Assembly: GCA_049322915.1 (NCBI GenBank)
Contig: JBMOPW010000026.1
Span: 64,001-128,000, forward strand
Length of the DNA: 64,000 nt
Direction: 5' to 3'
DNA from: Candidatus Zhuqueibacterota bacterium
GTDB taxonomy: Bacteria > Zhuqueibacterota > Zhuqueibacteria > Thermofontimicrobiales > Thermofontimicrobiaceae
In this document: piece after piece, positions 18,363-28,756 of the stretch
Numbering within the stretch: the first letter of the stretch is position 1
How the letters are laid out: the number at the start of each line of letters is the position of its first letter
Notes under the pieces: model-generated
What the model was told of the DNA's origin: nothing
The model's database searches: none
What the model saw: the letters and a program-made list of their open reading frames with translations, nothing else
Translations under genes and position numbers: made by a program

Positions 18363-18811
18363 GTTACTATTCAGCCTCAGAGTCTCAAGGCTCAAAGAAA
18401 ATGAAATTGCCAAACTGATCGATTCTGAAAAGCTGAATTTGGTTTTAAAAATGAAATTGAATTTCACAGTATCAGAATGAGTCGGCGCTAAAAAGGGGCT
18501 AAAGCAGATGCAAGATGCAAGACGCAAGATGCGAGACGTAGAATGAGTCCCCTCTAAAAAGGGGCTAACGCCCAAAAATCAAAGATGAATTTCTGTTCCC
18601 CGACTTAAAAGTCGGGGCTATTCAAGGTGTCTGACTTTTAACTTTTTCAATGAATTGCCACGTCATTGATGACGTGGTAACGATATCATAACCAACGTAT
18701 CAAAGGCTTTTCAGAGTCGACCCGGGAATGAAAATGAAATTGACATCACCATCACCATGTTGCTTCGTGGCCTGGTGACTTTAAGGCAAGACTACACGCC
18801 TGAATAGCGAC
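18363..18811 (+). repeat. Family A REP-bearing element, longest copy
   Basis: Imperfect TIRs GTTACTATTCAGCC / GCCTGAATAGCGAC; internal palindromes CCCCGACTTAAAAGTCGGGG (18598-18617) and CCACGTCATTGATGACGTGG. Confidence 0.85.
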
Positions 18812-18888
18812 GAAAATTCTCTCTAACCTGGAACCGGGAACCTTTAAACCTGGAACCTGAGTAGTAACAATTTTGCATGTTACACACG

Positions 18889-19995
18889 CTACCGAAGGAA
18901 CGTCATTTTCAGGCTTTGGCCAATTTTTCCATTGACTCGCATGAGACACAGATACGTTCCTGAAGCCACACTATCCCCACTGTCGTTTCTCCCATTCCAG
19001 ACTACAGAATAAAAACCGGCGCTCATTTCGTCATTGACTAAAGTGCGGACTTTTTCGCCTAATGAATTGTAAACGATGACTTCCACTTTTTGAATGCCAA
19101 TTTCAGCATTGCTGATTTCGTAGTGAATGGTGGTCGCCGGATTGAATGGATTGGGATAACATTCGGTCAGGCGAGCTTCTTTCGGCGCCGTGATTGTTAC
19201 AGTTCTGGTCGCGGAAAAATAAAATGACCCATCCGTATCAATCTGTTTGAGCCTGTAGGAGAAGGTACCGCTAAAAATGTCATTGTCCAAATAAGAGTAA
19301 CGCTGTGGCTGACTTGTCGTTTGACGCCCGGGGACAAAACCGATTTTTAAAAATTCATCTGCCTTTTCACTGCGCTGAATTTCAAAGCCAAAGTTATTGG
19401 TTTCAGTTTCGGTTCGCCACTCAAGCAAAACATGGTCTTGCTTCACTGTTGCGTTAAATGCGGACAATTCCACCGGGACAACAAAATTTATGCTGCCGTT
19501 GCTAAAACTGATATTGGAGCCATAAATATCCTGGAAGGTATTTGTGGTTAAATATGTTCTCACGACACCCTGGTCAAATATGAGTGGGCTGTACTGGCCG
19601 GGATTCCCGGTGACAGTAAATTTCAGATTGACCACTTGTCTGGATTGGCCTGTAAATGTATGCGCCAGATCCCCAAAAACTTGGGTGAGTACATTTTCAT
19701 CGGTCCCCTGGCCGGTCGGTCCGTAAGGCAAATCGGGATTGCAGTCAAAACTGAATCCGCTTGCGTCTGGCCCTGATTCCGCAGACACAAAAGTCAATAC
19801 AGCCGAATTATATTCGACAACGAATTGAGCGGCAGCGATGGTTTCATTGGTGGAAACGATGATGGGCACGTCGATGATTGCGCCGGCTTCTGCGTTCATT
19901 GTGGGCAAATTCAAGGTGGCTTTTGTTTGTGAGAAAATAATCCCCGGCATCAGCCAGAGAATGAAAAAAGCAGGCAGGCAGGTCAGTTTTTTCAT
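18889..19995 (-). CDS. Secreted protein: cohesin-like domain plus FlgD/T9SS-A-type C-terminal domain
   Basis: Signal peptide; PVELSAF, WRTETETNNFGFEIQRS, YPNPFNP, WNGRN..VASGTY. Confidence 0.85.
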   Translation of the reverse strand: MKKLTCLPAFFILWLMPGIIFSQTKATLNLPTMNAEAGAIIDVPIIVSTNETIAAAQFVVEYNSAVLTFVSAESGPDASGFSFDCNPDLPYGPTGQGTDENVLTQVFGDLAHTFTGQSRQVVNLKFTVTGNPGQYSPLIFDQGVVRTYLTTNTFQDIYGSNISFSNGSINFVVPVELSAFNATVKQDHVLLEWRTETETNNFGFEIQRSEKADEFLKIGFVPGRQTTSQPQRYSYLDNDIFSGTFSYRLKQIDTDGSFYFSATRTVTITAPKEARLTECYPNPFNPATTIHYEISNAEIGIQKVEVIVYNSLGEKVRTLVNDEMSAGFYSVVWNGRNDSGDSVASGTYLCLMRVNGKIGQSLKMTFLR

Positions 19996-20108
19996 GTTCA
20001 ATTCCCTCCGCAAGTAAAGTGCAAAACGTATACACTATTCCCTTTTATAAGTTTTGAATATCCACGAAGCGCACGAAGAATTGCAACTGTTTTGTCGTTT
20101 GCAGGACT

Positions 20109-20187
20109 CAAAGACCACCAACCGATCGTTCGGGATTTTTATCCCGAGCGGGCGCCATTGCCGGCGCTGGATGAAAATCCAGCGCGA
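20109..20187 (+). repeat. Family C double-hairpin REP-like repeat
   Basis: CGTTCGGGATTTTTATCCCGAGCG and GCGCTGGATGAAAATCCAGCGC; homologs at 52685-52756 and 60512-60632. Confidence 0.75.
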
Positions 20188-20206
20188 ACAGGTCGTTCAA
20201 CTTCAA

Positions 20207-23200
20207 TCATTTGATCACCGCGAATTTCCCCCGTCTGGAACTGGCTTGATTGAACACGTAATACAAATAAACACCGGCTGAAATTTCATCTCCGTTTTCA
20301 TCTTTCAAATCCCAGGCCGCGCCGCCGTTGCCGTCGGTTTCTTCGATCGTGCGAATCACCTTGCCGGAAAGAGTCAAAATTTTAATGGTCGCCTCGTCGG
20401 TCAGATTGGCGAACGTCACACCCGCGCCGTCGGTAGAAACGCGGCAGGGATTGGGATAAGTGAACACCTGCGATAAATCATTCCTGACAAAGACGAGCGA
20501 CGCCTGACTGCCCTGCCCTGTTGCGATGGGAATCCCGGTTCGGCTGAAAACATGGCGCACCGTGATCACATAGGTGAAGCCCAGCGCGCCGATGGGGAAG
20601 TTGGACGCAATGTGCAGATGAACCTGGCTGCTATCGTCCCGGTTGAAATGAATCGCCTCGATGGGCAATTCCGGCGCCATACCGTAATTGGCGGGATTCA
20701 GCGCGGTCCCGATGTCCGCCGGCTCGCTGAAGGTGATGGCAATGACCTGAGTCTGGATGTATTCGGCACTGACCACATAAAACTCGGTCGGCGCGTCGGC
20801 AGCCTCAAAGTACGCGAAATTCCGGGTCGTGTCAATGGGCGTTCGGTCGTGGTCAAAGACGTCGTTCACGCGAACCATGTAGCGCCCGGGCGAAAGAGAA
20901 GGCTCAGGCAGGGTGAGGATAATTTCCTCCCCGGATCGGGATTGAATGGCTGAAAGCGGCTGATCCATTCCATCGGAAAAAGAATAGGCCGAAACATCAA
21001 GGATGGAGTTGTTCATTGTTTCGCTGAAACGCAGTCGGACCTGATTCGGAGGGAGAAAAGCAGCCGAGGCGCAGAATGGTCGCGCCCCGGGCCGGGCCGA
21101 AATCGCACTGGTAAATCCGCCCTCTGCCGGATTCCGGGCTGAATCGAAAGCGGTCAACCGATACCAGTAGAGGGAATCGGCTGTCACCGCATTGTCGATG
21201 AAATCCAATGCGACTGTGGCGGCAATCGGCTGAAAATTTTCCGCGGTTTGGCCGCGATAAATGCGATAGGTCTGCGCGCCGGAGACCGCCTGCCATTGCA
21301 ACTGAACGCGCGTCTCGTCCAATGGCCACACGAGAAAACCAGCCGGCGCCGGCGGTCCGCCCTGCGAAAACCCGGATCGATCCTGCAGGGCCACGGTCAC
21401 TTCGCCGCTGCTGATGAAAATTTCAGGGATGCCATCGCCATTGAAATCGCCGATGGCATTGGCATGGCTGCGAGCAGGTTGATAATATCCGACCGGTGCG
21501 AAGGAAGAGAGGCCGTCATGCTCAATGACATAAAAATCCGGGAAGATGTTGATCAGCAACTCTTCCCGGCCGTCATTATTCACATCGCCGGAAGAGAGGC
21601 CGCTGGCAAAGTCCGCCGGCGAAGCAAAACCGAAAAATGCCTGTTCCCACACGGTTCGATAATCGTTCGGTCCGGCGCAGTCGTAGATTCGAAAGAGCCA
21701 GAAGCGCCCGTCGTACTCGTGTTCGGCGTCCAACTCCTGGGAGGAATGGCAGCCGGCAGCGAACTCGACGACGCCATCCCCGTCGTAGTCGCCGCTGGCA
21801 ATGAAATCGATGGCATCCATCAGCGGTAGACGGTCGCTCCAGATGAATGCGTACTGGTTGTCCCCGGTGCATTCGTAGATGTAAATATCCCCATCATAAT
21901 CGCCCATCAGTATTTCTGATTGACCGTCGCCATCGAAGTCACCGATTTCAGCGTGCGGAATGCCTGTGCCATTGGTCCCCTCCGTCGGATTGGGGAACGA
22001 ATCGATGAACGCGTAGTGATTGTCGCCCGTTGTTTCGAGGATCGAGAATGTGTTGGCGATTCGCGCGATAATTTCGCCGCGCCCATCCTGATCCAGATCC
22101 GCGAACCGGCTGGCCCAAAAATCATTGGTATCGCTCCAGACGAAATTCGTCGGAAAAGCGTCTGATTCCGGCATTTCAAAAATGAACGATACAGGCCCGG
22201 CACCGGCGAGAATTTCCAGCAATCCGTCATTGTCCGAATCACCCACATCGCGGGGAATGGCCACGTGGGCGCTCGCGGCGACCGGCAGAAAGTGATCGCC
22301 GTCGACTTCAAAAAGAGTGAGCGGGCCGAAGGTCTGGTCAACCGTCAACTCGCTGGCGATGAGCTCCCGGCGACCATCGCCATCAAAATCGCCGGTGCAT
22401 GGAAGAAGATACAGCGGCGGCAGGGAATAATTCACGCGCGCGAAACGGCTGGTTTCAATCTCGCCCTGAGTCAAATGAATGACGAGCGAATCCGCCTGTC
22501 CAATGGTTGTCAGCCCGGCATTATTTGTGACTTCAATGCGCCATTCAAATGAGCCGGATTCGGTGAAAAAATAACGGTGCTGTTTCACGTGATAGCCCAG
22601 GGGAATTTCTCCGAACGGCTCGGTGGAATGAAGGGGGCGATAGAAAATGGTGGCGCGGGTGACGTCGTCGGTGGTGAATTCCAACAGGGCTCCGAATCCG
22701 TCGCCGTCGGCCATGATCTGAGGCGGCGAAATGGACGAAATCCGAGGCGGCGTGCTATCGATGAAAATGTGGGTGTAATCCTCGACCGCGCTGCCATCGG
22801 AATTGATCGCGCGGAGCCGAATAACGTAGTCGGAATCCGGCGCCGCAGAAATGGCCCAGAGAGCGAGCGTATCACCGATGACCTGCCGGCCCTCGACGCG
22901 CGCGATGAGCGACCAATTGTCCGGGTTGACCCCTGGCCCGTAACTCACTTCGTACTGCTGCAACAAAGCGCCAGAGGCGGACCCCACAATGGGAATGGTT
23001 GATTCGGCAAAGCCGTGGTCCAGTGCCGGAGAGGAGATTTCCGCCTGCGAAGTGTATTGAACCTGCAACGCCCTGAGCGCGTTGATTCTGCCGCTGGCAT
23101 AAAAGTCGTCCCAGCCAGTCTGGCCAATGTCATCGCTGGAGGAGACGATGATATTGCGCACATCGTCGCTCGTCAAAGCCGGCTGTCGGCTCAGGATGAG

Positions 23201-24415
23201 CGCTGCAACGCCGGAAACCACCGGCGCGGCAGCCGAAGTCCCGGAGATGGCCGCGTATTGATTGCCTTTTGATGTGGTGAGAATATCCACGCCCGGAGCG
23301 ACGACATCCACAGTGACGCCAAAGTTGGAGAACTGCGCCAGGCCGTCGGATTCATCCGTGGCGCCGACAGAGATGACCCCCGGCAGGCCGGAGGGATAAT
23401 GCACCTGATCCGACGCGCTGTTGCCGCACGAGGCAATCAGCACGCAACCGCTATTGGCGGCGAACTGAACCACATCGCGCAGCATCTGCGATGTGGCAAT
23501 GTCGCCAAAACTCATGTTGATGACGCGCGCGTCGTTATCCACGGCGTAGACAATGGCGGAGGCGACATCGTCTTCTTCCAGCAGACCCTGGCTGGTGCCT
23601 GCCCGAAGATTCATGATCCGGCAGCCAGGCGCAACGCCGGCAACGCCTGTCCCATTGTTCCCTGCGGCTGCGGCAATCCCGGCAACCGCAGTGCCGTGGC
23701 CGTGCTCGTCCGCCGGATCGTTATCCCTGTCCCGATAATCGCCGCCATCCGGGAAATGCAGCGCATCGGTGAAATCCCAGCCGTGGATGTCATCCACGAA
23801 GCCGTTGCTATCGTCGTCCGCCTGGTTGAAATCGGCTGGGTCGACGCGGCCATTCCCATTCACATCTTCGCCGGGATTCAGCCAGATCATCGTATTCAAA
23901 TCTTCGTGCGTGTACTCGATGCCGGTGTCGATGATCCCGACGATCACGGTTCGCTCTCCCCACGAAATGTCCCAGGCTTTGCTGAGACCAATGCGGTCGA
24001 TGAGCCATTGGTCCGAAATGAGCGGATCATTGGGGACAGCGTGGATTATTAACAGGTGGTTTTCCTGCGCGTACTCAATTTCTGGATTTTTTCGGAGGCG
24101 CGAAAGCGTTTGATCCATGCTGACCGACGCCGGCAGGTCGATCATGACCAGCCGATTCAGACCCTGGTTGATGAAGCTGGCGGATCGTGTGCGTTTTGAT
24201 TCCGGTCGGTCGAATAGCCTTTTGATGGCGGATGACTCGAAAGTCAGCTCAGGTGAATCCTGTTCTTCGGCCACAATCCGGCGCATCTCGGGCAGCGGCA
24301 GGGACTGTTTAAATTTCAAAATTATCTGCCGGGACTCCTGGCCGGACCTTGCTGGCGCGGGCAGCGTCAGGGCGATAAATCCGAGTACAATGATGCTGGT
24401 TCGAACGAGATGCAT
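20207..24415 (-). CDS. S8 subtilase with FG-GAP repeats, FN3/Ig-like domains and C-terminal sorting domain
   Basis: IIDTG, HGTAVAG, GTSAAAP catalytic triad; GDFDGDG repeats; YPNP..WDLK..SAGVY tail. Confidence 0.92.
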   Translation of the reverse strand: MHLVRTSIIVLGFIALTLPAPARSGQESRQIILKFKQSLPLPEMRRIVAEEQDSPELTFESSAIKRLFDRPESKRTRSASFINQGLNRLVMIDLPASVSMDQTLSRLRKNPEIEYAQENHLLIIHAVPNDPLISDQWLIDRIGLSKAWDISWGERTVIVGIIDTGIEYTHEDLNTMIWLNPGEDVNGNGRVDPADFNQADDDSNGFVDDIHGWDFTDALHFPDGGDYRDRDNDPADEHGHGTAVAGIAAAAGNNGTGVAGVAPGCRIMNLRAGTSQGLLEEDDVASAIVYAVDNDARVINMSFGDIATSQMLRDVVQFAANSGCVLIASCGNSASDQVHYPSGLPGVISVGATDESDGLAQFSNFGVTVDVVAPGVDILTTSKGNQYAAISGTSAAAPVVSGVAALILSRQPALTSDDVRNIIVSSSDDIGQTGWDDFYASGRINALRALQVQYTSQAEISSPALDHGFAESTIPIVGSASGALLQQYEVSYGPGVNPDNWSLIARVEGRQVIGDTLALWAISAAPDSDYVIRLRAINSDGSAVEDYTHIFIDSTPPRISSISPPQIMADGDGFGALLEFTTDDVTRATIFYRPLHSTEPFGEIPLGYHVKQHRYFFTESGSFEWRIEVTNNAGLTTIGQADSLVIHLTQGEIETSRFARVNYSLPPLYLLPCTGDFDGDGRRELIASELTVDQTFGPLTLFEVDGDHFLPVAASAHVAIPRDVGDSDNDGLLEILAGAGPVSFIFEMPESDAFPTNFVWSDTNDFWASRFADLDQDGRGEIIARIANTFSILETTGDNHYAFIDSFPNPTEGTNGTGIPHAEIGDFDGDGQSEILMGDYDGDIYIYECTGDNQYAFIWSDRLPLMDAIDFIASGDYDGDGVVEFAAGCHSSQELDAEHEYDGRFWLFRIYDCAGPNDYRTVWEQAFFGFASPADFASGLSSGDVNNDGREELLINIFPDFYVIEHDGLSSFAPVGYYQPARSHANAIGDFNGDGIPEIFISSGEVTVALQDRSGFSQGGPPAPAGFLVWPLDETRVQLQWQAVSGAQTYRIYRGQTAENFQPIAATVALDFIDNAVTADSLYWYRLTAFDSARNPAEGGFTSAISARPGARPFCASAAFLPPNQVRLRFSETMNNSILDVSAYSFSDGMDQPLSAIQSRSGEEIILTLPEPSLSPGRYMVRVNDVFDHDRTPIDTTRNFAYFEAADAPTEFYVVSAEYIQTQVIAITFSEPADIGTALNPANYGMAPELPIEAIHFNRDDSSQVHLHIASNFPIGALGFTYVITVRHVFSRTGIPIATGQGSQASLVFVRNDLSQVFTYPNPCRVSTDGAGVTFANLTDEATIKILTLSGKVIRTIEETDGNGGAAWDLKDENGDEISAGVYLYYVFNQASSRRGKFAVIK

Positions 24416-24511
24416 GAAGCGATTCCTTTTCTCTGCGTATGACTGGCGCGTCCGGACGAGTGAGCGTGGCTCGCATTGATCCTCGTTGTTGGAAGGGCGC
24501 GCTAAAAGCTT

Positions 24512-25414
24512 TCATGGCCTCGGCTTGCGAAGCCAGTGGTGCACGATAGTAAAAAGCGAACGCAATCCTGCCAGAAGATACAGCAGCCCGCCGGTGACAA
24601 GGGTCGCGGTGCGTTCACGGAAGGAATGATCGTATTTTTTGAAATAGGTGACGAACGAACGATGGCTCGACCAGATCATTCTCAACCGATTTCGGTGAAT
24701 GGATGTGCCTTTGTAATGAATGATGTGAACGTCCGGGATGAATTGGATTTTCCATTGCTGAGCTGCAAATCGGCGACACCAATCCACGTCGCTGAAAAAC
24801 ATGGGAAATGATTCGTCCAGTTTCCCGATTTGAGCGACGGCCTTTGCCTTTGCAAGAAGAAATGCCCCCTGGGGTTGGTCCACGTCGCGCCGGGACTGAT
24901 GGTTGAAATCTCCCATTTTCCAGTAATTGAATTCGCTGCTTTTGGGAAACAGGCAACTCAATCCTATCGCTGCATAAAACACATCGCGTCGACGGGGAAA
25001 TTGACGGCACGAAGGTTGAATGGTCCCATCCGGATTCCTGAACTGCGGCGAAACCATGCCGAGGGCAGCATCGTCATCGAGCGCCGAGATCAACTCCCGG
25101 AAAATGGGCATGGGGAATTCGGTGTCCGGGTTCAGCAGCAGGATGAATCGCCCGCGACTTCGATTCAAACCCTGGTTCACGCCGCGGGTGAATCCTTCAT
25201 TTCTGGAATTGGCCAGAATGAACCAATCAAGCGATTCTCCAGATGATTGCAGCAAAGTTCGGGCATTGGTGACGGTGTCGTCTGTCGAAGCATTATCGAC
25301 CAGAATTATTTCGACCCGAAGCGATGCCAGAATCTTTCTCAGCGTCGAGAGACAAAGTTGAATTTCTCGATCGTGGTTGAAAGTGACAATGATGATGGAT
25401 AGATCAACTGCCAT
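24512..25414 (-). CDS. GT2 glycosyltransferase (rhamnosyltransferase-like)
   Basis: VDNASTD, LLNPD, FFSDVDWC. Confidence 0.9.
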   Translation of the reverse strand: MAVDLSIIIVTFNHDREIQLCLSTLRKILASLRVEIILVDNASTDDTVTNARTLLQSSGESLDWFILANSRNEGFTRGVNQGLNRSRGRFILLLNPDTEFPMPIFRELISALDDDAALGMVSPQFRNPDGTIQPSCRQFPRRRDVFYAAIGLSCLFPKSSEFNYWKMGDFNHQSRRDVDQPQGAFLLAKAKAVAQIGKLDESFPMFFSDVDWCRRFAAQQWKIQFIPDVHIIHYKGTSIHRNRLRMIWSSHRSFVTYFKKYDHSFRERTATLVTGGLLYLLAGLRSLFTIVHHWLRKPRP

Positions 25415-25651
25415 AACAATCTCCGCACAACATCCTCAAAACCACGTGGTATTGCGATATAATTTACCAGAAAAAATTACAGAGTCAAGCGAATTTCTTC
25501 AGCGATTTTTCAATAGAAATTTTGTTGCAATTGAGAAACAAAATCACTACCTTCTCGGCCAATTCATTGTCGTTTGATGGTTAAACGAAATAACATCTAT
25601 TTCGTTCATGAACATGGATATGACATCAGAAGTTATTGAAAGGAAATCCTC

Positions 25652-26311
25652 ATGAGTAGAAATATGGAGGGGCTGATTCTCTCCTTCGCATTTGTCTTTG
25701 CGATGATATTTATTGCCACAGCAGCGCGAAAAATATTCAAGCTGAGCAATGAAGCCAGTCGGAAAATAATCCACGTCTCAGTGGGCAACTGGATCTTTTT
25801 CGCCTTGTATTATTTTCGCGATTGGTACATCGCCATCATCGGACCGCTCTTTTTCATCGCGCTGAACATCATCTCATACAATGCCAAAATTTTCAAGGCC
25901 ATGGAATTGGATGATAAAAATCCCGGCACAATTTATTACCCCATTTCGCTCACTGCCTGCACGCTGCTAACCTATTCCCACTCCCCGTTGCTCGTGCTGC
26001 CTTATCTGGGTATTGTGGCCATGACCTGGGGCGATGGTCTTGCTGCGGTGTTTGGCAAACGATGGCCAATCAAAACATTGTTCCGCAACAGGACCTGGGG
26101 TGGATCCATTGCATTCGTGGTTGTCACCTTCCTGGCCTCGATGATTTACCTTCACCTTACAGCGAACAGCATGAATGTGCCGGACATGATGCTCATTGCC
26201 GGCAGCACGGCTGTGCTGGGCATGATGATCGAACTGGTCTCGCCGAAGAATCTCGATAATTTAGCTGTCCCAATCATCATAGGGCTTCTTGGGTATTTTG
26301 TCGGAAGGTAG
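25652..26311 (+). CDS. CTP-dependent diacylglycerol/polyprenol (phytol/dolichol) kinase family
   Basis: RKIIH, GDGLAAVFG, DNLAVP; multi-TM. Confidence 0.8.
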   Translation: MSRNMEGLILSFAFVFAMIFIATAARKIFKLSNEASRKIIHVSVGNWIFFALYYFRDWYIAIIGPLFFIALNIISYNAKIFKAMELDDKNPGTIYYPISLTACTLLTYSHSPLLVLPYLGIVAMTWGDGLAAVFGKRWPIKTLFRNRTWGGSIAFVVVTFLASMIYLHLTANSMNVPDMMLIAGSTAVLGMMIELVSPKNLDNLAVPIIIGLLGYFVGR

Positions 26312-26426
26312 CCGAGTCCGTGAAATATATTTTTTTTATTGCTTCTTTACATGAATTATCTTATTTTGGAATGATTTTTAGCGACCCCTGATCCTGTGAT
26401 TTTTCGAAAGAATGAATTCATGTGAG

Positions 26427-26716
26427 GTCACTTTTCAGGCATGCACACTTGCTTCAAAGACGCCAGGTCACGAGGTGACACGACGCTGTCCTTTTTTCAT
26501 TATCAAAAATGACGTGGCAATTCAATGAAAAAGTTAACAGTTAGATAGCTTGAATAGCCCCGACTTTTAAGTCGGGGAACAGCAATTCACCTCTGATTAT
26601 AGGGCTTTAGTCCCTTTTTAAGGCAGACTCGTTTCTTGAAAATTAAATTCAATTTTCTGAATCGAATATATTAAATATTTCTTCGTGACTTCAAGACTTC
26701 GAGGCAGAATAATTAC
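26427..26716 (-). repeat. Family A element, internally deleted copy
   Basis: Both ends present (GTCACTTTTCAGGC ... GGCAGAATAATTAC); core palindrome 26558-26577. Confidence 0.8.
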
Positions 26717-26738
26717 CATCTAAACGTTGGGAAATCGG

Positions 26739-27548
26739 ATGCATTTCAATGCGCGACTGAATCAAATCTGCACGCAGCGCAACAGTCTTGTCTGTGTCGG
26801 ACTGGATGTCGAACTGGCGAAAATTCCGCGGTTTATTCTGGACAAAGATGCACCGCTGGTCTATTTCAGCAAGGCCATCATCGACTCAACGTTAGCATTC
26901 GCTGCGGCCTATAAAATCAATACTGCATTTTTCGAAAGCTACGGCGTGGCAGGCTGGCGGGCGCTGACCGAAATCGTGAATTACCTGCCCGGGGATGTCA
27001 TCAAAATCGCTGACGCCAAGCGCGGCGATATTGGCAACACATCCCGGATGTATGCGCAGGCGTTTTTCAGCACCCTGCCGTTCGACGCCATCACGGTCAA
27101 TCCCTATCTGGGTGGGGACAGCGTCGCGCCGTTCATCGAAAATGAGGAGAAAGGGGCGTTCATTCTGTGCCACACATCCAACAAAGGCGCCAATGATTTT
27201 CAAAAAATGAGAGATGGTGAATCCATGCTGTTCGAACGGGTTGCCAGTCAGGTGCAGCGCTGGAACACGAAGCAAAATTGCGGATTGGTCGTGGGCGCCA
27301 CTTACCCGGATGAGCTGAAGCACATCCGCACATTGACGCCAGAGTTGCCGTTTTTGGTGCCGGGACTTGGCGCCCAGGGCGGTGAACTGGATCTGGTGAT
27401 ACGGTACGCAACGGACAAAGATGGTTTGGGCGCTATATTCAATTCGAGCCGGGGAATTATTTACGCATCGGCGGGCGCGGATTTCGCTCAGGTGGCCGGA
27501 GAGAAGGCGCTGGAATTGCGCGATGAAATCAATTCGCGCCGGCATTGA
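26739..27548 (+). CDS. pyrF: Orotidine-5'-phosphate decarboxylase
   Basis: CVGLD, DAKRGDIGNT, VVGAT, PGLGAQGG, NSSRGI. Confidence 0.95.
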   Translation: MHFNARLNQICTQRNSLVCVGLDVELAKIPRFILDKDAPLVYFSKAIIDSTLAFAAAYKINTAFFESYGVAGWRALTEIVNYLPGDVIKIADAKRGDIGNTSRMYAQAFFSTLPFDAITVNPYLGGDSVAPFIENEEKGAFILCHTSNKGANDFQKMRDGESMLFERVASQVQRWNTKQNCGLVVGATYPDELKHIRTLTPELPFLVPGLGAQGGELDLVIRYATDKDGLGAIFNSSRGIIYASAGADFAQVAGEKALELRDEINSRRH

Positions 27549-27619
27549 TGTTCGAACGTGATTCTGGAAAATTTGAAATACATGCAATCGATAACACGAC
27601 AAACGAAACGGAGAGAAAA

Positions 27620-28195
27620 TTGAAAAAGGACGATGTTTTGAAAATCTTCAAAGAGACCGGGGCCTTTTTGGAAGGTCATTTTCTGCTCACGTCGGGACTG
27701 CACAGCCCTCACTACTTCCAATGTGCAAAAGTATTGCAATATCCGAAGCATGCTGAAAAGCTCTGCTGGGAGATTACCTATCACTACATGTCCGAGAAAG
27801 TTGATGTTGTGGTTGGTCCTGCGTTGGGCGGCATCATCGTGGCCCAGGAAGTGGGAAGGCTGATGAGCGCGCGGGCAATTTTTTCGGAACGCGAGAACAA
27901 CGTGATGACCCTCCGCCGCGGGTTTGAAATTTGTAAAGATGAGCGCGTGCTGGTTGTCGAAGATGTAGTCACCACCGGCGGGTCCATTCTGGAGGTGATC
28001 GATCTGGTGAAAAACGCCGAAGCGCAGTTGGTGGGAGTGGCATTTCTGGTCGATCGGAGCCAGAATCGCGTGCAGTTTTCCGTGCCAAAATATGCTGTCA
28101 TGGAAATGGATGTTGTGACGTACAAGCCGGAAGAATGTCCGCTCTGCAAGACCGGGATGGAATTGGTGAAGCCGGGCAGTCGGAAGTTGAAATAG
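27620..28195 (+). CDS. pyrE: Orotate phosphoribosyltransferase
   Basis: GHFLLTSGLHS, VVEDVVTTGGS, KPGSR; TTG start with GGAG RBS. Confidence 0.95.
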   Translation: MKKDDVLKIFKETGAFLEGHFLLTSGLHSPHYFQCAKVLQYPKHAEKLCWEITYHYMSEKVDVVVGPALGGIIVAQEVGRLMSARAIFSERENNVMTLRRGFEICKDERVLVVEDVVTTGGSILEVIDLVKNAEAQLVGVAFLVDRSQNRVQFSVPKYAVMEMDVVTYKPEECPLCKTGMELVKPGSRKLK

Positions 28196-28384
28196 GTTCG
28201 TTATCCGATTCATAAGCAAGATGAACCGATCTGCTTTTAAACCTGTTAGTCGAAAACAGCTTTCACAGGATTTTGTAGCAGCGTCATTCACTCAAGCGCA
28301 GATGCAAAGCCTTCGTTTTCGGTGCTCAGACTTGAGCGTGAATCTTAGTTTCAAATAGCTGAACAATAAAAGGATTTGAACAGT

Positions 28385-28744
28385 ATGGCAAAAGAATTTA
28401 TGAAAATCGGTCCTATTACCTGCACCATCATTGCCGATGCTAGCCTCAGCGAGGAGCGCAATAAGGAAATGGATTTTACTATGGCGACGGAAAAGCCCAT
28501 GTTAAAATCTCATGTCTCATGTTCCGATATGAATAATGGCGGAATGGTATGCCAGACCAATTCGCCGAATATAATGATTAAGACAAATGTGATTGGCGCA
28601 AGAATTCTGAAATTGTGCAAAGGGAAAATGGCCATCGAAAAAATCGCTGTTGAGCTTTCCGAGGAATATGATTTTGCCGATGAAGAGTTTGTCGAACAGG
28701 TAAAGACTTTTCTCAACATATTCAAAACATATAAATTAATTTGA
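28385..28744 (+). CDS. PqqD/RRE-family protein
   Basis: C-terminal N..GARILKLCKG....I...L...YD......V..FL......LI pattern. Confidence 0.7.
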   Translation: MAKEFMKIGPITCTIIADASLSEERNKEMDFTMATEKPMLKSHVSCSDMNNGGMVCQTNSPNIMIKTNVIGARILKLCKGKMAIEKIAVELSEEYDFADEEFVEQVKTFLNIFKTYKLI

Positions 28745-28756
28745 GAGATCGCAACG

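Noticed and set aside
28196..28380. SAM or cobalamin riboswitch before the methyltransferase operon
   Set aside because: A hairpin is possible (ATTCAC.TCAAG/CTTGAG..GTGAAT), but no conserved aptamer motifs were found.
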